A stretch of 64,000 nucleotides of DNA, from positions 3,744,001 to 3,808,000 of the forward strand of contig CAXXHB010000003.1 of assembly GCA_963664815.2 (NCBI GenBank), written 5' to 3'. Under the pieces are notes generated by a model that saw only the letters and a list, made by a program, of their open reading frames with translations, was not told the DNA's origin and made no database searches. This document shows, one piece after another, positions 31,225 to 40,423 of this stretch; positions within the stretch are counted from its first letter, which is position 1, and the number at the start of each line of letters is the position of its first letter. This stretch comes from Spirochaetota bacterium (GTDB taxonomy: Bacteria > Spirochaetota > UBA4802 > UBA5550). Both the position numbers and the translations under genes were made by a program.

Positions 31225-32141
31225 CAGAATTCACCAAGAATTTTAATCTCTGTTTCAAGGTTTATACCAGAATAATTATAAACAGTTTCCCTGATATGAC
31301 TGATCAGGTTATAAATGTCCGAAGATACTGCATTACCGGTATTTATAATGAAGTTCGTATGTTTTTCAGATACCATCGCTCCGCCGATTCTATACCCTTT
31401 AAGTCCGCTGTCATTTATCAGTTTCCAGGAGGAGAATCCTTCAGGATTTTTAAAGACAGATCCCGCCGAAGGGTACTCCATGGGATGCTTCTTCCACCTG
31501 TCGCCGATTATATCATCCACGCATTTTCTTGTTTCATCTATATTCCCCGATTCGGGGAGAGAGAATAATCCGCCCATAATTACAGTATTTTCCGGGAGAT
31601 GCATTTTCCTGTAACCGGAAATTCCATCAGTGGTATCAACTTCAAATACAGTACCGTTATAATCCACACCTCTGATTTTCTTCAATATTTCCACAAAAGA
31701 ACCCATATACGTTCCGGCGTTCATAAATATACCGCCTCCTATCGAACCGGGTATTCCCGCCATAAATTCAACACCAGCATACCCGGCATTTACCGCCTCA
31801 CAAACAAATTGTTCCTTGCTGAGAGCCGCTCCGGCGTATATATGCTCTCCTGATACTTTAAAACTGTTATCAAGCCCGGAAATTTTTAAGGTAACACCAT
31901 GAAGCCCTTTATCACTGATTAAGAGATTTGATCCTCCACCAATAATATAAAGAGGTATGCCCTCCTGTTTAATAAGCGGCATAATTGATACAATTGCTTC
32001 TTCACTGAATGGTTTAATAATCAAATCAGCATTCCCGCCGGTTCTGAAAGTAGTACAGAGTGAAAGCGGAGAATTGAATTCCAATTTTCCGAGAGATGAT
32101 AGTTCCTTAGCTGTTTTTTCAGTAATGATATTATTACGCAT
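31224..32141 (-). CDS. murB: UDP-N-acetylmuramate dehydrogenase
   Basis: TFRTGG.A, GGGSNLLISD, GIPGSIGGGIFMNAG, PSAGSVFKNP, VSEKHTNFIIN; TGATG overlap with the exonuclease gene. Confidence 0.96.
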   Translation of the reverse strand: MRNNIITEKTAKELSSLGKLEFNSPLSLCTTFRTGGNADLIIKPFSEEAIVSIMPLIKQEGIPLYIIGGGSNLLISDKGLHGVTLKISGLDNSFKVSGEHIYAGAALSKEQFVCEAVNAGYAGVEFMAGIPGSIGGGIFMNAGTYMGSFVEILKKIRGVDYNGTVFEVDTTDGISGYRKMHLPENTVIMGGLFSLPESGNIDETRKCVDDIIGDRWKKHPMEYPSAGSVFKNPEGFSSWKLINDSGLKGYRIGGAMVSEKHTNFIINTGNAVSSDIYNLISHIRETVYNYSGINLETEIKILGEF

Positions 32142-32225
32142 TTAATTTTTACTCTTAGTTTATCATTTTAGAGTGAAACCTGATGTCAATAAAATTCATG
32201 ATAAAATAATTAAAAATTAAAGGAG

Positions 32226-32328
32226 AATAAAAAGAACCCCCTGTAAAAACAGGGGGAGATAAAGAGGAAGCAAAAATGTTACTCAAAATACAAACTCGAC
32301 TTAAGGAAATGAAAGCCGCCGAAATTTC
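32226..32328 (-). ncRNA. Candidate ~100-nt small RNA, or attenuator leader of murB
   Basis: TTGACA (32363-32358)-18 nt-TATATT promoter; terminator CCCCCUG/CAGGGGG + UUCUUUUU at 32226-32256; no minus-strand ORF in between. Confidence 0.45.
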
Positions 32329-33154
32329 AATTTAATATATACATAATTATTTAATCCTGTCAAATACAATTTTTAATAAATCTTACAATAATTTAATTTT
32401 TTATCACTTTTTTTTATGTAATGTAAACTATAGGCGATATAAACTTATAATTTATAAGTAAAAATCAATATATATTCACTTTTTTAGTTACTACACAGTA
32501 AAATATGATAAATTATACATAAATGTCTTATTCTATTATTGGAGCAGTTAATTGATGACTCTGCTCTGAAAGCGGGGAATTCTTTTTTAGTAAAAAATAT
32601 ATCCGACATTTTTGATGCTAAATTGTTTACCCCCATCAGCTCTCTCAAAGCAGAGTACAAAGGTTTTCAGCCGGCAGTATAAATTCATCACTCCTTCCAT
32701 TGATATAAATAAAACTGACAATACGCATATCAGAGAAAAATGGCTACAGATACTTTAACCATACCCTGTTAACACTATTAAACCAGTATGGAGCGTCGTT
32801 ACATCTTCGCCACAGTTCCGTTAAAAAAGGCAGAAAATATATGTTTACGGCTTTAAATTACGCCCCTGTTTTGCATCCGCAGTGTTGCTTTAGTGAAATT
32901 ATATACTGTCAGCAGATATTTAGAATGTATTGTAAATAGTTACTCAAAGTTGATTTGAACGCTAGTTATTTAAGATACTTAAGTTTAGGTTTAAATGGTA
33001 CCTTTTTTAATATTCTTCTTTTATAACATCTGCAACACTACTCGTCTATAAATGATAAAGAGACTGCATAAAATAAACTTGATATTTTCCCTTTATAATT
33101 ACCAATATTCATTGCATCATAAGGTCAGCATCAATTGATCGTATAAGGAGCTTA

Positions 33155-33868
33155 ATGTTTATGAGCAAGATCATCAGCAATCTTCGTGAAGAACTGAAAA
33201 AAAATAGTGATCCTCAACTAATAAATTCAGGTAAAAGGTTTTTTAAGGAAGAAGTAAAGATGTACGGAATAAAAACCATTTCCGTAAGGAAAATCGGCAA
33301 GGAACATTTCAAATTAATTAAAGGTAAAACAAAATCAGAAATATTTAAACTATGTGAAGAGCTCTGGAAGTCAGGATATATGGAGGAATCATTTATTGCA
33401 TGTAACTGGTCTCATAATATCTATAAAGACTATGAGCCGGATGATTTTAAAATATTCGGGATGTGGGTCAATACATATGTCAGTAACTGGGCTTCATGTG
33501 ATACTCTCTGCAACCATACTGTCGGCGATTTTATAAAGATGTATCCTCAATATATAGAGGAATTAAAAAAATGGGCCCGCTCAGAAAACCGCTGGGTACG
33601 CCGCGCCGCTGCCGTATCTCTTATAATGCCTGCCAAAGAGGGTGATTTTCTGAATGATATTTTTGAAATAGCGGATATACTGTTGCATGACAAAGATGAC
33701 CTTGTACGAAAAGGTTACGGATGGATGCTCAAAGCGGCCAGCCAGTCGCACCTGAATGAAGTATTCGAATATGTAATAAAAAACAAATCGGCAATGCCGC
33801 GTACATCTTTAAGATATGCCATAGAAAAGATGCCTGAAGAGTTTAAAGCAAAAGCAATGAAAAAATAG
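33155..33868 (+). CDS. DNA alkylation repair protein (AlkD-like HEAT-repeat glycosylase)
   Basis: LWKSGYMEE, NWASCD, W.RSENRWVRR, D.DDLVRKGYGWMLK, MPRTSLRYAIEK; AAGGAG RBS. Confidence 0.9.
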   Translation: MFMSKIISNLREELKKNSDPQLINSGKRFFKEEVKMYGIKTISVRKIGKEHFKLIKGKTKSEIFKLCEELWKSGYMEESFIACNWSHNIYKDYEPDDFKIFGMWVNTYVSNWASCDTLCNHTVGDFIKMYPQYIEELKKWARSENRWVRRAAAVSLIMPAKEGDFLNDIFEIADILLHDKDDLVRKGYGWMLKAASQSHLNEVFEYVIKNKSAMPRTSLRYAIEKMPEEFKAKAMKK

Positions 33869-33990
33869 TAATTCCCTGGATGTCTCATGGCGAATATACT
33901 TTATTAAATAAGATCTTTGACGAAATAATTTGAAGAAATTTACCAGGATAAATCCTACATCACTTTTCAAACTTTAAATATGGAGTAAAC

Positions 33991-34437
33991 ATGAAAATTA
34001 AATACGTTCATACAAACCTCATTGCCGCTGACTGGAAAAAACTGGCAAAGTTTTATATAGATGTTTTCGGATGTAAAGTAAAACCTCCGGAGAGAGACCT
34101 TTACGGAGAATGGCTTGATAAACTTACATCGTTACCCGAAGTTCATATAAAAGGTATACATCTGATGCTCCCGGGTTACGACGATAATGGTCCGACACTG
34201 GAAATTTTTGAATTCAATAAAAACATAAATAATAAAAAAAATATCAACAATGAAGGTTACGGCCATATCGCATTTGCCGTTGACGATGTTGATGCCTGTT
34301 TTAAACTGGTAAAGAGCCATGGAGGAAGTTCAATTGGCGAAACCGTAAAATGTGAAGTTGAAGGGGTTGGTATGCTGCATGTTGTTTACGCAAAAGATCC
34401 GGAAGGGAATATTATAGAAATTCAGAAATGGGGGTAA
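33991..34437 (+). CDS. VOC/glyoxalase family protein
   Basis: HTNL, FY.DVFG, LEIFE, GHIAFAVDDV, DPEGNIIEI. Confidence 0.9.
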   Translation: MKIKYVHTNLIAADWKKLAKFYIDVFGCKVKPPERDLYGEWLDKLTSLPEVHIKGIHLMLPGYDDNGPTLEIFEFNKNINNKKNINNEGYGHIAFAVDDVDACFKLVKSHGGSSIGETVKCEVEGVGMLHVVYAKDPEGNIIEIQKWG

Positions 34438-34769
34438 TATTCCGGCAGATATTCATGATAGTAATAAATTAAGAAACAACGGATGCTATAATACAGATCA
34501 GGATACCGACTCTGCAATTCCATCTGATGACAACGCATACACTGTTCCCATTCCCCAGTTTTAGTTTCACAGATATTTCCCTTCCTTATTCAATTATAAT
34601 TGATTTCATAATTTATTAAAAAATATTTCCGGCAATTTATATAAAAAATAGTAAAAGAATAAATATCCCGTAATCAGTCAGAATTTAGTCTATGAACAAA
34701 TATTATTCGGCATTAAACCCCTCGTGAATTAATCCCATCTGTCCGATAATTTTACCAGGAAGATAAAAT

Positions 34770-35438
34770 ATGAAAAAAATACTGACTGTAATAATAATAT
34801 TTATCGCCGGCTCATTCTCAAATGCAGCTAAACTTGAATCATACAGAGGAAGTCCTCTCCTGTGTATGAAAGTTGAGGAAAACATTCTCCCATTCGGAGA
34901 ATATTACATGATAAGATCATACAGAAATATTACTCAGCTTCTTATATCGATAAATACAAAAATTATACTATACACCGATCGTGACAACCAGACAGATAGT
35001 GAGATTTTTGTTTCATCATATTCGCGCATTGAAGAAGTTCACCTCAATGAGAGATCAATACCACAGAATGAATTCAATCTTGCCGTTGAAAAATTTATCA
35101 GGAATGGCGACAACAGCAACATCGCTACGATTCCTTTCCCCGGCGTTGAAAAATTCATAGCAAAAATAAAAGATGGCTTAAAACCCATAAAAGAAGACGG
35201 GGAATATTTTATCTACCTTAAGGAAAATGGCAGCCCGGAATCGCTTATGACCATCAATCTTTTATGGAAAAAACTTACATTACGCAATATGCTTAACGAA
35301 AATGGAATACCATCAACATTTTACAGCATATACATCGATGAATCTAACGACAGGAATATAAAGAAAATAATAAGAGAGTATTCCTCAATATTAAAAAATA
35401 GCCTGAAATCATCACAATCTCCCTTGACAAAAACCTGA
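34770..35438 (+). CDS. Hypothetical secreted protein
   Basis: 222-aa ORF with signal peptide MKKILTVIIIFIAGSFSNA; AGGA upstream. Confidence 0.7.
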   Translation: MKKILTVIIIFIAGSFSNAAKLESYRGSPLLCMKVEENILPFGEYYMIRSYRNITQLLISINTKIILYTDRDNQTDSEIFVSSYSRIEEVHLNERSIPQNEFNLAVEKFIRNGDNSNIATIPFPGVEKFIAKIKDGLKPIKEDGEYFIYLKENGSPESLMTINLLWKKLTLRNMLNENGIPSTFYSIYIDESNDRNIKKIIREYSSILKNSLKSSQSPLTKT

Positions 35439-35642
35439 TAAATTTTAATAAATCTGCATGGACTCACCAAAAAAAACAGCGATACCACAGGAAAACGACT
35501 TTACGGATGTTTAAAGTCTGTATTGCCGGCAGCAATGAAATCGCCGCGTTTCTCTGGATAATTCTCTCAAGGAGAACATTCGCAACAATTGAAGTATGGC
35601 GTATCAATCTGATAAAAAAATTTATATTGCGGGAGGGATATA

Positions 35643-36743
35643 ATGGAATTTAAATATTATATGCCTGTAAAAACTTTTTTCGGAAGGAACTGTATCTTAA
35701 AAAACCGCAGTGAGTTTTTAAGACTCGGGAAAAAAGCACTGATAGTTACAGGCAAATCATCCTCCGGAAGAAACGGGTCACTGGCTGATGTAATAAAGTC
35801 TCTCGACAGCATAAATATACCACATATACTATATAACAGTATTGAACCCAATCCCACAGTGGAAAGCGTGCGTAAAGCGGCGCTCTTTGCAAAAGAGACA
35901 GGCGCTGAATTCATAATCGGTATTGGCGGAGGTTCCCCTGTTGATGCAGCAAAAGTAATAGCAATATTAGCAGTGAATGACATTGACGATGACACTCTCT
36001 TCAGCGGTATTTTCCCCGAGAGGCCGCTCCCTATAGCAGCCGTACCCACAACCGCCGGTACCGGGAGTGAAGTTACCCCTTATTCGATACTGACATACAA
36101 TAAAATTCAGACAAAAAAAAGTGTAGGATCAGACTCAATCTTTCCGGCAGTTTCTTTTCTTGATCATGGGTATACTTCAACCTTAACAATTGAAACTACG
36201 ATTAACACCGCTATTGATGCATTATCTCATTCCATTGAAGGATACCTGTCTGTCCGTTCAACCGATATAATAAAGCCATACGCACTGGAGAGTATAAGTC
36301 TAATCGGGCAATGCCTCCAGGCTTTAAAAGAAAAAAGTGTAACAGATAAAGAGAGAGAAGAACTGTTATATGCATCAATGCTCGCCGGAATTGTTATAGC
36401 ACATACAGGCACAACCGTAATTCATTCAATGGGTTATCCCATGACTTATCACAGGAATATAGACCACGGCCGGGCAAACGGCCTTCTTCTTTATAATTTT
36501 TTAAATTTCGCCGGACCGGTTACACACAAGGTTAGAGATATAATAAATGCCATGAACATGAAAAGCATAGATGAATTCGGTGAAATAATAGACAATCTTC
36601 TGGGAGAAAAAGAATTATTTTCAGATGAAGAAATTTCAATGTTTACAGACACAGCAATTACATCTAAAAATGTATCAAATACCAATCCACCGCCAGACAA
36701 AAAAGACATAAGAAAGATATTTGAAGATTCATTTAAACGGTGA
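35643..36743 (+). CDS. Iron-containing alcohol dehydrogenase
   Basis: IEPNPT, GIGGGSPVDAAK, PTTAGTGSEVT, DALSHSIEG, HSMGY, HGRANG. Confidence 0.93.
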   Translation: MEFKYYMPVKTFFGRNCILKNRSEFLRLGKKALIVTGKSSSGRNGSLADVIKSLDSINIPHILYNSIEPNPTVESVRKAALFAKETGAEFIIGIGGGSPVDAAKVIAILAVNDIDDDTLFSGIFPERPLPIAAVPTTAGTGSEVTPYSILTYNKIQTKKSVGSDSIFPAVSFLDHGYTSTLTIETTINTAIDALSHSIEGYLSVRSTDIIKPYALESISLIGQCLQALKEKSVTDKEREELLYASMLAGIVIAHTGTTVIHSMGYPMTYHRNIDHGRANGLLLYNFLNFAGPVTHKVRDIINAMNMKSIDEFGEIIDNLLGEKELFSDEEISMFTDTAITSKNVSNTNPPPDKKDIRKIFEDSFKR

Positions 36744-36846
36744 CCGGGTAATAAACATCCCCATGGACAGATACAGGGAAGATTACAACTACAGAGTATT
36801 AAATACTTCCCGACAATAGCCCTGAACCATTAACAATAAATTCGGG

Positions 36847-38226
36847 TTATATCCCTTCTCCTGTAAAAACACCGTTATCCCATATTCCCTGCTTAATAAT
36901 TTTACCATCAGGCGCGTATTCAATCCCTTTGCCATGCATTTTATGATCTTTCCATCCACCCACATATCGTCCTCCGTCATTCCAGAAATAAGTACCTTCC
37001 CCGTCCTGAAGATTTTTTTTCCATTCCCCGATATACTTATCACCGGATTTCCATATATATGTTCCACTGCCATCCTTCATGTCGTTTTTATAATCCCCAG
37101 AATAAGTTTCTCCATTTGTGGCAAAGTATTCTCCATGTCCGTCCATAAGATCCTTTTTAAACTGGCCTACATATTTATCTCCGTTGCCCCAGATGAAGGT
37201 TGCTTTTCCCTCGCGGAATCCTTTCACAAAATCGCCGGTGTACTGGTTTCCGTTTGTCCATGTATATATCCCCTTACCCTCCATATATCCATTCTCCCAG
37301 TCGCCTGAATAACCTGATCCATTATAATACTTCAGCGAACCCTTTCCATGCCTCATTCCGTTCTTAAATTCACCACTGTACACGTTGCCATTTGTCCAGT
37401 AAAACTCACCTTTACCATGCATCCTGTTTCCTTTATAGTCTCCTATATAACGGTTGCCGTTGGGGTATAAAAATGTATTACTGCCGCGTTTAATCCCAGG
37501 AATAAGACTGTACACCGGCATTCCCCTGTACACTTTGCTTATCAGCATCCGTGTTCCACCTATCATACAGCATCTTGTTTCGTCCGCAGATGGCATAACA
37601 ACTTCTATCGCTGCCATGAGACCCGCTATTTCCACAAAGAACTTATCCCCAATCTTCATATCACTGCCTTTTATAAAAACTTCTCCGGAAGATACATTCA
37701 CTTTTGTCACCTTCCCCGTTTCAACTTTATCTTCATCAGTAAGCCCTGGTAGCGCGATTATATCAACAAAAAGATAATCAAAGAACTCCCCCTGTTCGAT
37801 TGAACCATCTGCGTATCTGTACACTCCTTCACCCCACGGGACATTAAGTTTAAAATCTCCTGTATACAAATCACCGTTGTTGAAACTAAGAGAACCATAA
37901 CCAACACGATTATCATTAACCCAGTCCCCTTCATATTTCTCTCCCCAATTTTTGTAATGCATGACCCCCCGGCCATTGCGTATATTATTTTTATTTTCAC
38001 CCTCATAACAGTCGCCGTTTTTATAGACAAAAACACCCTTCCCATTGTCGCAGTCACCCTCAGCACATCCGCCTGTGTAGGTTGATACAGGCGACAGATA
38101 CTTTTCACATCCCGATAATTCAGGTTTCATTTCTGCAGGCTTCACATCGGGAACTGTAGTTGGAGCGCTGCTGCACCCGGCCAGAACAATTAAAATTGAG
38201 ACGATAATTACATTTTTTCTTATCAT
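36847..38226 (-). CDS. MORN-repeat lipoprotein
   Basis: Lipobox LAGC; two blocks of Y.G.W/F.....G.G repeats separated by a ~100-aa non-repeat domain. Confidence 0.9.
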   Translation of the reverse strand: MIRKNVIIVSILIVLAGCSSAPTTVPDVKPAEMKPELSGCEKYLSPVSTYTGGCAEGDCDNGKGVFVYKNGDCYEGENKNNIRNGRGVMHYKNWGEKYEGDWVNDNRVGYGSLSFNNGDLYTGDFKLNVPWGEGVYRYADGSIEQGEFFDYLFVDIIALPGLTDEDKVETGKVTKVNVSSGEVFIKGSDMKIGDKFFVEIAGLMAAIEVVMPSADETRCCMIGGTRMLISKVYRGMPVYSLIPGIKRGSNTFLYPNGNRYIGDYKGNRMHGKGEFYWTNGNVYSGEFKNGMRHGKGSLKYYNGSGYSGDWENGYMEGKGIYTWTNGNQYTGDFVKGFREGKATFIWGNGDKYVGQFKKDLMDGHGEYFATNGETYSGDYKNDMKDGSGTYIWKSGDKYIGEWKKNLQDGEGTYFWNDGGRYVGGWKDHKMHGKGIEYAPDGKIIKQGIWDNGVFTGEGI

Positions 38227-38396
38227 TTAAATACTCCCTTATAAATTCCTGTGATGAATAAATAGAGAAATCTATAATAAGTCAAAAAAACTGTACAGGA
38301 TAATAACTTTTTCAGTTGCTGAGGTTTGCAAGGAAAAACAACAGGTATACAAAAACTGATTAAACAAAGCAGTTTGATTAACAGGCTTCTATTTCA

Positions 38397-39404
38397 TCAG
38401 ACATGTATAGCTTTACCAGCCTGAAGTTCTATATATTTATTGCCGAAAGATTCTTTAAATTTTTTTATTGTCCAGTCAGAGCTGTCATGTGGAGAGAGCG
38501 AAACTATCTGCGGATTTATTCTTTTAATTGAATTTAACGCCTGGTTTACATCACTCTCCCTCATCCCCCGCAATGGTCTTCTGTCAACTCCGACAATATT
38601 CTGCATATTTAAGGGCCCTATCATAACTCTTCCACCCTTTACCGGAAGATGAAGACCGCCTATAATACCATAAATAGGTTCATCGAAAATATCCGTGACT
38701 CTATTTATTATATTATCAATACCCTGGTGTCCACATCCTATTATCAGCACTATCCCCTTCCCTTTCACGTTGATTGCAAGACTCTGTTCAACGATATATC
38801 CAATAAGGAAAAGCGATCTGGGATATATACCGATTGAGGCTATTCCTTTATCAATTATTTCCGGATCATTGATAACTTTTACATAGGGACCGGGATTGTT
38901 TTCCGAAGGTGCAATATTCCCCGGAGAATATACCGGGATTCCGGCAAGTTCAACTTTTCCGGCCGAGAGACTGAACCGGCACTTCCTCTCTTCATATTTT
39001 CCCCCGACATGATCATTATGTATATGACTGATAAAAACTGCATCCAGATCTCCCGGCGATAATCCGGTTTGTTTAAGATTAATAAGCAACGGTGACGGGT
39101 GCTCTTTCTTTTTATTCAATCCAAGATCAAAAAGTATTCTGCGGTTCCCCGCTTCAACAATATACGCAACACCCGCCTCGGTTCTGTAACTGTCATCTAT
39201 TGCATAATAATCAACCAGTGGTATAATAGTAAGTGAATCAACATGACCAATATCTGCGAGTTTTCGGATATTCAATACAGCAAGTTGTTTGGCGGCTTTA
39301 GCTGATCCTTTTTTCAACCTGACAATCATTATGAGTACAAACATGATGAAGAGGGAAAATATAGAAATTACAGCAGAAACAACAGCAAAAATGACATTAT
39401 TCAT
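38397..39404 (-). CDS. MBL-fold metallo-hydrolase with N-terminal membrane anchor
   Basis: ILFDLG, SHIHNDHVGG (HxHxDH), IIGCGHQG, GGLHL. Confidence 0.88.
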   Translation of the reverse strand: MNNVIFAVVSAVISIFSLFIMFVLIMIVRLKKGSAKAAKQLAVLNIRKLADIGHVDSLTIIPLVDYYAIDDSYRTEAGVAYIVEAGNRRILFDLGLNKKKEHPSPLLINLKQTGLSPGDLDAVFISHIHNDHVGGKYEERKCRFSLSAGKVELAGIPVYSPGNIAPSENNPGPYVKVINDPEIIDKGIASIGIYPRSLFLIGYIVEQSLAINVKGKGIVLIIGCGHQGIDNIINRVTDIFDEPIYGIIGGLHLPVKGGRVMIGPLNMQNIVGVDRRPLRGMRESDVNQALNSIKRINPQIVSLSPHDSSDWTIKKFKESFGNKYIELQAGKAIHV

Positions 39405-39450
39405 TACCGGATCTCCAATAGAATATTTCAGTAAACTGCCGTTATTATCC

Positions 39451-40128
39451 TTATAAGTTAAAATGAAGTTTTACATTGAAGATAAGTGAAATCAATTTAG
39501 TCATGAAATAGAATATTAAAAAAATAAGTATCACCATAAGAGTGGTATTTGCTTTATAAAGAAATTTTTCTGAAAAAGATTTTTTATATCTGTGAAGAAT
39601 GGTTGCCTCAAGAATAAGATATAAAGCAAGCCCAAAAGCTCCTGAAAATACAAAAAGAGCCTTTATCGCAGGAGTCATCACTGTAAATATATTCAAATCC
39701 GCAAAAAGCTTAAATCCGATAAACCACCAGATTATCATTCCAGGATTGGTGACTGCAATCGTAAATCCTGTAAGGAAGGAGAGCCTTTTCCCGTAATTAA
39801 TACGTTTCTCCTTATGACGCATATAATCTCTCTCCTGGTAGGATTTATACATCAGGTATGAAAGAACTAATATACCCATGCAGTAAATAACAACCTGGAA
39901 ATCTTTATGAAGGAGAAAATCTCCGAATCCGAATAGTGCAAGCAATCCATATAAAAGGTCCGACAAAGCAGAACCCATAGCAGTTGCAATGGCAGGTTTC
40001 TTGTGACCATTGATAGTTTTCTTTATAACTTCAAGCTGAACTGCGCCTACAGGAATAGATGTTAAAAAACCAAGAACTGTCCCGAATAATACAGTTGCAA
40101 TCAGTTTAAAAATGTAAATACAATCCAT
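39451..40128 (-). CDS. LysE family translocator
   Basis: IPVGAV, G.ALSD..YG, FLTGF.IAVTNP..I.WW; ATG at 40128 preferred over TTG at 40167. Confidence 0.8.
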   Translation of the reverse strand: MDCIYIFKLIATVLFGTVLGFLTSIPVGAVQLEVIKKTINGHKKPAIATAMGSALSDLLYGLLALFGFGDFLLHKDFQVVIYCMGILVLSYLMYKSYQERDYMRHKEKRINYGKRLSFLTGFTIAVTNPGMIIWWFIGFKLFADLNIFTVMTPAIKALFVFSGAFGLALYLILEATILHRYKKSFSEKFLYKANTTLMVILIFLIFYFMTKLISLIFNVKLHFNL

Positions 40129-40177
40129 TATATAACCCGAAAAATTTATATATACGGCCAGAGACAAAAGTCATAAC

Positions 40178-40221
40178 CATTTCATCTGCCAACTGTAATA
40201 CATCTCCCGGCAGATGAAATG
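40178..40221. promoter_or_regulatory. 13-bp perfect inverted repeat upstream of the LysE gene
   Basis: CATTTCATCTGCC-18 nt-GGCAGATGAAATG. Confidence 0.5.
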
Positions 40222-40423
40222 CTGTTACAGATAAAAGATCCAACTTGAAATAAATATCAAATTATTAACCATATTACAACCATTAAATAAAAATGTATAT
40301 TATTTTTCAGTATTAATTTCCAAACATATATTTCACTTTAAATAAGCATTTATTATACAGTAAAACTTGCCGGTAATATAAGATACCGGAATGTATAATT
40401 TTTTATCTCCCGGGTCTGTTAAC

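Noticed and set aside
32539-32682. 47-aa TTG-start ORF in the murB-AlkD gap
   Set aside because: No RBS and no recognisable motif.
36847-38226. Nucleotide periodicity in this region
   Set aside because: Explained by MORN protein repeats.
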